A stretch of 64,000 nucleotides of DNA. It comes from Chrysochromulina tobinii (taxonomy: Eukaryota). Below, in pieces: positions 55,206-64,000 of the stretch (the first letter of the stretch is position 1; each line of letters begins with the position of its first letter). The translations under genes and the position numbers were made by a program. The notes under the pieces are model-generated. The model had not been told where the DNA came from. It worked only from the letters and a program-made list of their open reading frames with translations, and did no database searches. The stretch is from positions 1-64,000 of the forward strand of contig JWZX01003350.1 in NCBI GenBank assembly GCA_001275005.1, given 5' to 3'.

Positions 55206-55901
55206 GTTCGTATCCGCCGTCATCGAGGCGCCTTCCGCAAGTTTCCCGGACGCGAGGCTCCTCGACGATGCGACCTTGAGGCGAGGCCGTAGCGAGGCCG
55301 AGCGCAGCCCGGTCTTCGGAGCCGGGAAAAGCAAGCTGGACTTGAGCCAGCACTCTCCAGAGTCTGTCATCGTGACGCCGCGGCAGCCGTCGCCCTCGCG
55401 CCTCTTGCACGCCTCACAGCATGCCTTGAGGTCGAGCGAGGCAGGTCCGCCACCTCGCACTGGCTCGCTCGTCAGGTCGCCGCCTTGAAAGTCGGTGTCC
55501 AGGTGCACCTCGAACTCCTCGCCACAGCCCTCCTCTTCGGATTCGTCTGGCTCTGCGACCGCCTCCACCCTCCGCTCCACCTTTCGCTCAACGGGGTGCA
55601 CCGGCTCTGTGGCCGCGTCCACCTTCCGCTCCACCTTCCGCTCAATCGGGTTTACGGCGGTGCGTCGCGCAGCACTGGGCGGCTGTGCATCGGTGTGCAT
55701 TTCCAGCACCTCGACTGCCGGCCGTTGAGGCGTGGAGCTATACGCACCTTGATGCCACAGCAGCGCGAGCATCGGCAACACGAGCAGCATCGGAGTAACG
55801 ACGACGAGCGTGCGCGGCCGGCAGAGGGAGGAGCGGCGCTGACTTGGGAAGGCGCGGCCGCGGGGCGGCGCGCCTCGCTGCGATAGAGTCATATGTCGCA
55901 T
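53451..55901 (-). CDS. GT13 beta-1,2-N-acetylglucosaminyltransferase (GnT-I/POMGnT1-like) with PAN/apple domain and Cys-rich C-terminus (2 exons)
   Basis: Type II TM anchor; IEDDLLLSPDF, WCVSAWNDQG, RTDYFPGLGWM, WDHWMR|..GRECVVPEINRS; intron 54318-54405. Confidence 0.9.
54318..54405 (-). other. 88-nt GT-AG intron whose last 28 nt exactly copy the last 28 nt of the upstream exon
   Basis: ctgagtcgcatccaatggtcccagccgg at 54318-54345 and 54406-54433. Confidence 0.88.
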
Positions 55902-56193
55902 TTCCAGCGAAAAGGTCAGCCAAGCAGACCTACAAACTATGAAGACACACGCATGATCTCACACGTCTCACACAGCCGGCGTCCCTGTACCCTGAAGATC
56001 GCAGACCCCGCAGTGAGACAGAGACTCGAGATGCCGCGCAGACACCGCAGGAACCTTCAATCAAGAAAGGCAAGGCACAATCTAATGACCGCATAGTATA
56101 CCGACCTGAATCGGTTCATGAACCGGCTGTCGCCGTGTCGCCACTGCGAGCGCGGCGCGGACCATGGCTTCGAGATCGACCCGAGATCGTCCC

Positions 56194-57480
56194 CTAGAGC
56201 GCCACCGCGAGCGCGGCGCGGACCTTGGCTTCGAGATCCGTTCCCTTGGAGCCTACGTACTCGTCCACCTTGGCGCCGCCCTTGAGCACGACAAAGTGGG
56301 GCACCGCAGTGATCTGGTACGCCTCGACGAGCTCTCCGGCCTCGTCAATGTCCACGGTCGCGAATGCCACGTCGGGAAGCGCCGTCGCGAGCGTCTCGAC
56401 GAAGGGCAAGATCGACTTGCAGTTCTTGCACCAGCCAGCCCCAAAGTCCAAAACGACCACCCCCGTGGCAGAGCTCGCGGCGAGGGAGCTCACTTGAGAA
56501 CTCTCCGTCACCGCGCGGAGCCCCTTGGCCTGGTGCTTCTGGTCGGGCTTGGGCGGCGCCGCGCCGTCGCCCCCCCGCGTAGCGCGAAGTTCCCAGTTGA
56601 CCTTGTCGTACAGCGGCTTGGCGAGGTCATAGAACCCTATGTCCCCGACGAAGCAGATCTCGTAACCGTCGGGATCGGCCAGGATGGTGACGACCACGTC
56701 GGCCTTCCCCGGCGTGGGCAGCGTAATGGGCTTGTTCATAATCGAGCCCTTGCCCGACGCCTCTGCCGCCTCGTAGAACGGGTAGACGGCGCGGCAGCTG
56801 TTAGCTATCCGTCCGGATGCGAGCGCATGGTCCATGGGCGCGCTGTCGCCCACGTCGATGAACTGCAGGTGCGTCTGCTCGGCCGCCCAGCCGACGGTGA
56901 GCGAGCTCTTGTGGCCCGCGTCGCAGCCGGCGGGGGTTGGGAAGACTGTCATTCCGAGGACGTCGCACCAGTATTGCTTTGTGGCCGCCAGATCGGTCGA
57001 GCGCAGCCCGACTGCGAGTATGCGCTCGGCACGGCCCGCCGAGGGCTCCACGATCTTGTACCGGAAGTTGTCGGGGCCCTTGATCACGGGCATGCCCCCG
57101 GCGTACTCGACGCCGTAGCCGAACGCCTGCGCGCGTGGCACGGCCTCGGGCATTGCGACCGCAAAGTACTGCACGTCGTTGCCGCTCGCGTACGAGTCGA
57201 TGCCGTAGTTGTACGTGAGCTCGAAGACAAAGTTGTCGTTCTCGTTGCCGAGGCCGACCATCGTCTTGGACCACGCGCCGCCGTATGGCCCGTTGCACGT
57301 CGCCTCGCAGCCCGACTCAAACTCCTCATGCCGCAGCACGCGGAAGCCGAACACGAGCTCGTAGAAGCGCAGAGAGTTCTTGAGCGAGCCGATCTTTGTC
57401 ACCCAGTGGAGCGTGCGCATGTTGCCCGACAGCTTCGACGAGACGCCGATGTGATCCACCATGGCCGCAGTCATCGGCAT
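56194..57480 (-). CDS. GLOD4: Glyoxalase domain-containing protein 4 fused to a C-terminal thioredoxin
   Basis: VLRHEEFESGCEATCNGPYGGAWSKTMVG, FELTYNYG, LPTPGKADVVVTILADPDGYEICFVGD; then VVLDFGAGWCKNCK...AVPHF. Confidence 0.9.
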   Translation of the reverse strand: MPMTAAMVDHIGVSSKLSGNMRTLHWVTKIGSLKNSLRFYELVFGFRVLRHEEFESGCEATCNGPYGGAWSKTMVGLGNENDNFVFELTYNYGIDSYASGNDVQYFAVAMPEAVPRAQAFGYGVEYAGGMPVIKGPDNFRYKIVEPSAGRAERILAVGLRSTDLAATKQYWCDVLGMTVFPTPAGCDAGHKSSLTVGWAAEQTHLQFIDVGDSAPMDHALASGRIANSCRAVYPFYEAAEASGKGSIMNKPITLPTPGKADVVVTILADPDGYEICFVGDIGFYDLAKPLYDKVNWELRATRGGDGAAPPKPDQKHQAKGLRAVTESSQVSSLAASSATGVVVLDFGAGWCKNCKSILPFVETLATALPDVAFATVDIDEAGELVEAYQITAVPHFVVLKGGAKVDEYVGSKGTDLEAKVRAALAVAL

Positions 57481-57516
57481 TAGCTCGCTCGTGCTTGCCG
57501 CCGCGGCCTCTCCGAG

Positions 57517-57544
57517 AAGTCAAGTCAAGTCAAGTCAAGTCAAG
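57517..57544 (-). promoter_or_regulatory. (ACTTG)5 run 36 nt upstream of the GLOD4 start, in a divergent intergenic region
   Basis: aagtcaagtcaagtcaagtcaagtcaag on the + strand. Regulatory role is inferred only. Confidence 0.4.
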
Positions 57545-57664
57545 CCATACGAGACGTGCACGAAAAGTACGGTGTACTGGGACTTCTTGGCCCGAATGTC
57601 GTCCAGATGATTCTCTTCACAGGTATGGATTTTTCAAGTTCATTTGAGAGTCGACCGCGGCGGC

Positions 57665-60600
57665 ATGCTGCCGTCCAGCTACGCTGCCAAGACTGCACTC
57701 TACAATGGCATCGCAGCGGCGCTGTTCGAGCGTGTCACAACCTTAGAAGCTGAGCTTCTCGCAGCACGGCTGGCAGCTCGAGCGATCAAGCAGGCTGTGC
57801 TGATGGTCACCGAGGAGCAGATCGCCTGCGCTTCGGCAGACCTCGCAGCGTTGCGTGAGCACGAGGCGCGGCTCGAACAGTATCAGCGAGACATTGACGC
57901 CACTGCCGTTGCTTCTAGTAAGGCACATGCTGAGCTAGCTTCCAAGCTCCGCAAAGAAGCAGAGGCGATAGCAGTTGCTGCAGAAGCTGCCGTGGCAGCG
58001 GCCAGAGCGGAGGCAGCCGACCAGCTGCGCACTGCTTTGGCGGCAGCTAGAACGGAGGCAGCCGACCAGCTGCGCAGTGCTGTGGCGGCTGCCAGAGCGG
58101 AGGCAGCCGACCAGCTGCGCAGTGCTGTGGCGGCTGCCAAGGTGGAGGTAGCGTACGACGTATCTGCACTCAAGGCTATGAAGTCGGAGCACGAGGTGAC
58201 TGTGGCGGCGATGGCAGCCGATCACGAGGCAGCCATGCGTGCGGTGAGGGCGGAGGCTGAGGAGCTGAGGGCGTCGTGGGAGATGGAGCGTGCCGCGTTG
58301 CACGAGCAGCTCGAACGAGTGCAGCAGCGTAGTGACAACCTCGAGGCGGCAGTGATCGAGGAGAGGCGACTGCACGACGAGCTTCGCCAGCAGCATGAGA
58401 GCCTCCAGGCATCCTTGGTGCAGGAACGCGACGACCTCAAGGAGAAGGCACGGGAGCAGATGCGCAAGCTGCTCGATGAGCGTAAGAAGGTTGTCAAGCA
58501 GCTCAATGTCGCCCAGCATGATGCAGAGGCGGCACGGGCGGAGGCACAGGCGGCACAGGCGGAAGCGGAGGCGGCGCGGGCGGAGGCGAAGGCGGCGCGG
58601 GCGGAGGCGGAGGCAGCCAAGGCCGCGGCACAGGACGAGACGCTGGAGCTTGTGCGAGAATCAATGGCCGCGGCGCAAGCGGCGCAGGACGAGGCGGTAG
58701 CGGCGGCCGTCTCGGAGGCGAAGCTGGGGGCTGCTACCGAGCTCAAGGCAGCCATACAAGCACTTGAAGCGGAGCACGCAGCGGCACTTGCTAAGGCGGC
58801 GGAGCACGGGGACGAGAGCGCTTACAACGAGTATCAGAGTGCTTTGAAGAAGGTGCGCGAAGCGGCTACGGCCGAGGTGAATGCTGCGCGTTCCGACGCT
58901 GAGCGGCAGCTCGAGGCGGCTCGCGCCGATGCGGTGGGCGCGGCCAAGGCGGAGGCAGCAGACGAGCTGGCCGCTGCGTTGGCGGCGGTGGATGCCATGA
59001 AGTCGGAGCACGAGGCGGCAGTTGCTGTGATCGCAGCCGAACATGAGGCAGCCATGCTAGTGTTGAGAGGAGAGCTTGATGTTGCCTCGCAGCAGCGCGA
59101 GGCTGCGCTTGAGGAGCTGAGGGCGTCGTGGGAGACGGAGCGTGCCGCGTTGCGCGAGCAGCTCGAACGAGTGCAGCAGCGTAGTGACAACCTCGAGGCG
59201 GCAGTGATTGAGGAGAGGCGGCTGCACGACGAGCTTCGCCAGCAGTATGAGAGCCTCCAGGCATCCTCGGTGCAGGACCGTGAGAGTCTCAAGGAGAAAG
59301 CCAAGGAACAGATGCGCAAGCTGCTGGACGCGGCGCAGGATGATGCAAAGGAACGCGTGCGCGAGGCTCTGGTAGCGGCGCAGGCTGCCCAGGAGGAGGC
59401 GCTGGCGGCGGCCAAGGTGGCGGCGCTATCGGAGCAGCAGACGGCGCTGGCGGCGGCTAGCGAGGCAGCCAAGCGAGCGCATGACGAGGCACTCGCACTT
59501 GCCAATGAAGCAGCCAGGTCCGCACTGGAGGCCGCGGTGGCGGCGGCCCGTGAAGCAGCCAAGCTGGCGCACGATGAGGCGCTTGCGGCGGCGAATGAGG
59601 CAGCCAAGCTAGCCAAGGAGGAAGCGGTAGCGGCCGCCCGTGAAGAAGCCAAGTTGGCGCACGATGAGGCGCTTGCGGCGGCGAACGAGGCAGCCAGGCT
59701 AGCCAAGGAGGAAGCGGTAGCGGCGGCCAACGAGGCGGCCAGGTCAGCACAGGAGGCAGCTGTGGCGGTGGCCGTCTCCGAGGCTCAGCTGGCGGCGGTT
59801 CAGGAGCTTGAGGCATCCATGCAAGCATTCCGGTCGCGGCTTGAGGCGGAGCACGCAGTGGCGCTGGCGGCCGCTGAGCGAGTTGGTGAGAGCGCCGATC
59901 TGAATGCGTTGCAGGCGGTGCGTGAGGCGGCGACGGCCGAGCTGAATGCGGCACGAGCCGATGCTGAGCGGCAGTTCGACGAGTTGGTTGCTGCGTTGGC
60001 GGCGGCCAAGACGGAGGCTGCTGATGAGCTGGTTGCTGCGGTGGGTGCGGCCAAGGCGGAGTCTGCTGATGAGCTGGTTGCTGCGTTGGCGGCGGCCAAG
60101 GCGGAGGCAGCTGATGAGCTGGTTGCTGCTTTGGGTGCGGCCAAGGCGGAGGCTGCTGACGAGCTGGTTGCTGCGGTGGGTGCGGCCAAGGCTGAGGCTG
60201 CGGACGAGCTGGGCGATGCCATGGCGGCGGCGCGTATGCTGAGGGCAGAGGCTCAAAGTGCACGGGCAGAGTCGAGGGCCGCTCGTGCTGAGCTAGAAGA
60301 GGCGCGTGCAGCTGTCCAGGCGGCGCTGGCGGCTGAGGCTGAGGCGCGTGCGGCTGCGGCCGCTGCAGCAGCGGCATTGTCTGAGGCACGCGCAGCCGCG
60401 ACTGCGGCGTATGCAGAGGCGGCGTGGCAGCGGGTCGAACGTGACGCGGCACTCGCGGCGGCGGAAGAAGCACTTGGTGGTAACGTAGTGAAGTCTGCCG
60501 AGATTATCGAAGCGCTCTCAGTGAAGCAGGTGGAGAAGGTGGTGGCGGAGGTGATCAAAGAGGTGGAGGTGATCAAGGAGATCGAGGTCATCAAGGAGGT

Positions 60601-62485
60601 GATCAAGGAGATCGAGGTCATCAAGGAGGTCGAGGTCATCAAGGAGGTGATCAAGGAGATCGAGGTGATCAAGGAGGTCGAGGTCATCAAGGAGGTGCCC
60701 TTCGAGGTCATTAAGGAGATCGAGGTCATCAAGGAGGTCATCAAGGAGATCATTAAGGAGGTGCCCATTGAGGTGCCGGACGAGGCAGCGAGGGCGGAGG
60801 CGCTGGAGGCAAGGAGGGAGGCGGCGGCCGCGCGCGCAGAGGCTCAATCCGCCCGCACGGAGGCGGCCGAGGCAGCCATAGCGGCGGCTCAGGATAAGGC
60901 GGCGGCGCTGCAGGCGCTGGCGCTCGAAAAGGTGGCGGCGCTGGAGGCGGCGGCTCAGGAGAAGGCGGCGGAGGGCTCGGACACAGCAACACGGGCGGAT
61001 GATCGAGAAGCACGCGTGCGCGCCGTGGCGTTGGCTGCTAGGGCAGAGGCGGACGATGCAAGGGCAGCTGTGGAAGCCGCGCAGTTGGCCGTTAAGGCTG
61101 CACAACGAGCAGAGGCTGAGGCGCGCGCCGCCGCGGTTGCGGCGTACGCAGAGGCAGCGGCAGCCCGTAAGGAGGCGGTGAGGGAGGTCGAGGTGATCAA
61201 GGAGGTGATCAAGGAAATCGAGATCATCAAGGAGGTCATCAAGGAGGTGGAGGTGATCAGGGAGGTGGAGGTGATCAGGGAGGTCATCAAGGAGGTGCCC
61301 ATCGAGGTATTGGGCGAGGCAGCCTGGGAGGCGGCGGCGGAAGCAAGGGCGGAGGCGGCGGGCGCGCGTGCAGAAGCGAAGACCTGCTGCGCAGAGGCGG
61401 ACGAAGCGTGGGCAGCCGTTGAGGCGGCCAGGGCGGCTGAGACCGAAGCGCGTACAGCTGCGGACACAGCTCGCGCGGAGGCCGCGGCGGTACGTCGCAA
61501 GCTCGCCGAGCGAGATGCAGCGCTTGCGGCGGCCGAGGAAGCTCTGATAGCCCTCCTGCCGGCAGAGGTGGTGCAGGCTATGCTCTCTCCGACGGGTCGT
61601 CATCTATTGGCGGGGGGCGACTCGGTGGACCCGGCGCGCCGCTCCTCCCTGTCGGTGGCTCAGCCGCCTCCCGGGGTGGCCGAGCAAGTGGAGATGCTCT
61701 TCGCGATGCATACGCCTCGGAAGGCGGGCGCGGCCCCTGCGGAGGCGGCTACACCAGCCTGGCTCCTGCAGGCCGCTGCAGCCATGGCGCCGCCGACCGC
61801 GGGTCCATCCGCGCCATCGACAGCAGTGCCAGCCGCACCGTCAACCGCGCCGCGTACCATGGCGCTCGCGACGCCGCTGCGGCCGGCGTGGTCGGCATCA
61901 GCGGCGCTCTACGATGCTTCAGCGTCGACGGCGAGCAGCTTCGTCGCGGGGAGTAGCAGCAAGCCAATGGCGGAGATGTTGGTGGAGACGCTGATCGAGG
62001 GCGCCAAGGAGGACTCCGTCATGACGAACCCGACGCTCGCCATCAACAGCGTCCTCGACTACGTCTCCGCGTACACTTCTGAGTGGGTCGACGTACTCGG
62101 ATTGGGCTCGTCATCAACAGCGCCGCCCACGACAGCGCCACCCACGACAGCGCCGCCCACGACAGCGCGTAACGACGTACTCGGATTGGGCTCGTCATCA
62201 ACAGCGCCGCCCACGACAGCGCCGCCCACGACAGCGCCGCCAGCACCGTCGCAGCCCGCACCACCGGCGGCCGCACCACCGGCGGCCGCACCGCCGTCGC
62301 CCCTCATCGCCCCTTGGGCGCCCGCACCACCGGGCAGCCTCCTCTACACGGCGGCAGCACCCTCGGCGGCAGCACCCCGAGCGGCCGCCACCCCAAGTGC
62401 GTACGCTCGGTTGCTTGAAGTACAGCGGCGAGACGAGTCCCAAAAGGTGCGCACTCCATCGAGCACTCCACACGCGAGTGCTTAG
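57665..62485 (+). CDS. Large Ala/Glu coiled-coil repeat protein with EVIKEV(P) epiplastin/alveolin-like tracts
   Basis: ~1,600-aa ORF with internal duplications (AEAADQLR, AEAADELVAA, ELRASWE...LKEKA); EVIKEIEVIKEV tracts ~60520-60780 and ~61180-61310; P/T/A-rich tail. Confidence 0.82.
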   Translation: MLPSSYAAKTALYNGIAAALFERVTTLEAELLAARLAARAIKQAVLMVTEEQIACASADLAALREHEARLEQYQRDIDATAVASSKAHAELASKLRKEAEAIAVAAEAAVAAARAEAADQLRTALAAARTEAADQLRSAVAAARAEAADQLRSAVAAAKVEVAYDVSALKAMKSEHEVTVAAMAADHEAAMRAVRAEAEELRASWEMERAALHEQLERVQQRSDNLEAAVIEERRLHDELRQQHESLQASLVQERDDLKEKAREQMRKLLDERKKVVKQLNVAQHDAEAARAEAQAAQAEAEAARAEAKAARAEAEAAKAAAQDETLELVRESMAAAQAAQDEAVAAAVSEAKLGAATELKAAIQALEAEHAAALAKAAEHGDESAYNEYQSALKKVREAATAEVNAARSDAERQLEAARADAVGAAKAEAADELAAALAAVDAMKSEHEAAVAVIAAEHEAAMLVLRGELDVASQQREAALEELRASWETERAALREQLERVQQRSDNLEAAVIEERRLHDELRQQYESLQASSVQDRESLKEKAKEQMRKLLDAAQDDAKERVREALVAAQAAQEEALAAAKVAALSEQQTALAAASEAAKRAHDEALALANEAARSALEAAVAAAREAAKLAHDEALAAANEAAKLAKEEAVAAAREEAKLAHDEALAAANEAARLAKEEAVAAANEAARSAQEAAVAVAVSEAQLAAVQELEASMQAFRSRLEAEHAVALAAAERVGESADLNALQAVREAATAELNAARADAERQFDELVAALAAAKTEAADELVAAVGAAKAESADELVAALAAAKAEAADELVAALGAAKAEAADELVAAVGAAKAEAADELGDAMAAARMLRAEAQSARAESRAARAELEEARAAVQAALAAEAEARAAAAAAAAALSEARAAATAAYAEAAWQRVERDAALAAAEEALGGNVVKSAEIIEALSVKQVEKVVAEVIKEVEVIKEIEVIKEVIKEIEVIKEVEVIKEVIKEIEVIKEVEVIKEVPFEVIKEIEVIKEVIKEIIKEVPIEVPDEAARAEALEARREAAAARAEAQSARTEAAEAAIAAAQDKAAALQALALEKVAALEAAAQEKAAEGSDTATRADDREARVRAVALAARAEADDARAAVEAAQLAVKAAQRAEAEARAAAVAAYAEAAAARKEAVREVEVIKEVIKEIEIIKEVIKEVEVIREVEVIREVIKEVPIEVLGEAAWEAAAEARAEAAGARAEAKTCCAEADEAWAAVEAARAAETEARTAADTARAEAAAVRRKLAERDAALAAAEEALIALLPAEVVQAMLSPTGRHLLAGGDSVDPARRSSLSVAQPPPGVAEQVEMLFAMHTPRKAGAAPAEAATPAWLLQAAAAMAPPTAGPSAPSTAVPAAPSTAPRTMALATPLRPAWSASAALYDASASTASSFVAGSSSKPMAEMLVETLIEGAKEDSVMTNPTLAINSVLDYVSAYTSEWVDVLGLGSSSTAPPTTAPPTTAPPTTARNDVLGLGSSSTAPPTTAPPTTAPPAPSQPAPPAAAPPAAAPPSPLIAPWAPAPPGSLLYTAAAPSAAAPRAAATPSAYARLLEVQRRDESQKVRTPSSTPHASA

Positions 62486-62704
62486 ACTGTGTAATGACTA
62501 GCGTAGCTGGGAGTATTTCCCGTACGTGCAGCAGCTGAAGGTAGCTCGTGAGTGCGAACGAAAGGTCGTTAGGAGAGCAGTTAGTACTTAGAGCTTGCTC
62601 GTGAGACGCGTGTGCGCGGTACCGGGAGGCAGCACACAGCACTAAAACGGTACGTCGGTACACCACTTTTCACACTGTGTCAGTGTGAACGTGAACACGC
62701 GTCG

Positions 62705-64000
62705 ATGGGGACTTCAGCGCTCCGTCTCTACTGCCGCATCGCGGCGGCCAATTTAGAGCACCGCTTGCCAGCCCTGGCGCGCAGACGAAAATTCGCCTTG
62801 ACAACCAAGATTGGCGTGGATATGCATTGGAGCGAGTTCGGCTCGTCCTCGCAAGATCAGCTCCAACACTCAGTCGTGCGCAGCTTGCTCCACCAGCATG
62901 GGCAGGTGCCTCTGCTGGTGCGAGTCTCGACGAAAAGCTGCAGTTCCTCGGACCCCACAGCGCACGTGGACGGGCTGCGGTCCCAGCTCGGGCGAATCTC
63001 GGAGGAGTTTGGTGATCTTTTGGCGCGTGTGGTCGTCGATGTGCGCTGCAATAGTTGGAAAGTCGATGAGTGCATTACGTACGTCACCGGCGCAACGCGA
63101 TGCGCTGAGGAGTTCAGGGCGGTGCACCCACACGTGGGCGTCTCCGTGCTCTCGGCGCAGCGCACGCACTGGGGCACGGGCGCCGCTCTCGACTACGTGC
63201 TCAAAGCGCTGCCAGCCCCAGTAGCTGCCGCGCTCCACATTTCGCTCGACCCGGCGCCTTGGATCGGCGGGCCGACGGCTCAGCAGCAGGACAGCGGCTA
63301 CGATTACTTACCGCACGTGGACCATTTGGACCTCGACGCGGGCTGGACGAGCTGGCCGCCCTCGTACTGGTCGACGATCCACGCCGCGCTCCGGCACCGC
63401 GCGCAGCACGGCGCCCAGCACGGCGCCCAGCACGGCGCATGTGTTTCTCTGCCCGCTTCGTTGCTCCTCGACGGTGGTACGGACGGCATGAGCTTCTTAC
63501 AGAAGCTGCGCCGTGCCCATGCCGCGGCCACGGCGGGTGAAGCCATCTTTGAGCCCGATGGCGAGCAGCTGACAGTGGCCGCCGCCTCGGAGCCACCGAG
63601 CACGCCGACCAAAGGAGATATCGTCCGAGATATCGTCCGAGATACCGACTCGGAGCCACCGAGCACGCCCGCCAAAGGAGATATCGTCCGAGATACGGTC
63701 CGAGATACGGTCCGAGATACGGTCCGAGAGCTGCCTCAGCCCGCGGCCGCGCCCTCCGTGTCGCCTTTGCCAGCCTTCCGCGTCGTCGATCATCGCCGCC
63801 GGAGCAGCGCAACGCCGCCCACACCGCCGCCGATGGACGCCGTCGAGCGGCATACAACTTCGGACGTTACAACTTCGGACGTTACAACTTCGGACTTTAC
63901 AACTTCGGACGTCGGCGCCGAAGCCGACCGGCTCATTCAGATCCGCATGCAAGCGCTCGAGACGGCGGAGGCGGAGATCGCACGAGATCGAGCGGAGCTC
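62705..64000 (+). CDS. 3'-partial protein with a possible degenerate xylose-isomerase-like TIM barrel, then low-complexity repeats
   Basis: Frame 2 is open from ATG 62705 to the window end, so it is absent from the ORF track. AHVDGLRSQL..NSWKVDE..LHISLDPAPW..LPHVDHLDLDAG; DTVR and TTSDV repeats. Confidence 0.6.
   Translation, partial: MGTSALRLYCRIAAANLEHRLPALARRRKFALTTKIGVDMHWSEFGSSSQDQLQHSVVRSLLHQHGQVPLLVRVSTKSCSSSDPTAHVDGLRSQLGRISEEFGDLLARVVVDVRCNSWKVDECITYVTGATRCAEEFRAVHPHVGVSVLSAQRTHWGTGAALDYVLKALPAPVAAALHISLDPAPWIGGPTAQQQDSGYDYLPHVDHLDLDAGWTSWPPSYWSTIHAALRHRAQHGAQHGAQHGACVSLPASLLLDGGTDGMSFLQKLRRAHAAATAGEAIFEPDGEQLTVAAASEPPSTPTKGDIVRDIVRDTDSEPPSTPAKGDIVRDTVRDTVRDTVRELPQPAAAPSVSPLPAFRVVDHRRRSSATPPTPPPMDAVERHTTSDVTTSDVTTSDFTTSDVGAEADRLIQIRMQALETAEAEIARDRAEL

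Noticed and set aside
55150..55206. (GCC)n run as a special element
   Set aside because: Ordinary coding poly-Ala microsatellite in the GT13 stem.
56164..57483. 439-aa plus-strand ORF
   Set aside because: Antisense shadow of GLOD4-thioredoxin caused by high GC3.
1..64000. tRNA, rRNA or prokaryotic operon/defence-island structure
   Set aside because: No cloverleaf or rRNA-like sequence was recognised by eye, and spliceosomal introns and gene content indicate a eukaryote; tRNAscan-SE or Infernal would be needed to exclude small RNAs.

Overview
High-GC, gene-dense eukaryotic nuclear DNA with spliceosomal introns. The organism is most likely a haptophyte alga such as Chrysochromulina; this is an inference from GC content, the GCAATCA/TGATTGC intronic satellites and the gene families, not a database match. 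About 21 protein-coding loci are supported. They include a >3,400-aa DUF3645/SecA-like multidomain protein (open at the left edge, two single-base frameshifts), a 7-exon SCAB-like Ig+PH/C2/SNAP-25-like SNARE fusion, a UIM/RRM protein, a degraded IRAK-like kinase with a HEPN-like tail, and PKD2-like and bestrophin-like channels. Also present are an SLC37/GlpT MFS, an IQCB1-like protein, an ABCC transporter, a WEE1 kinase, DnaJ-MORN, EF-hand proteins, a GT13 GlcNAc transferase, a GLOD4-thioredoxin fusion, a long coiled-coil protein with EVIKEV repeats, a Ty1/copia remnant and a repeat-rich TE-like block. The most striking unexplained structure is in the introns. Many contain direct copies of the neighbouring exon ends, sometimes of the whole spliced junction, interleaved with a strand-biased (C/T)TGAT(T/G)G satellite that resembles repeated branch points. 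This suggests an active duplication-based route of intron creation. No tRNA, rRNA or CRISPR array was seen. All exon models and domain calls were made by eye and need RNA-seq and HMM confirmation.
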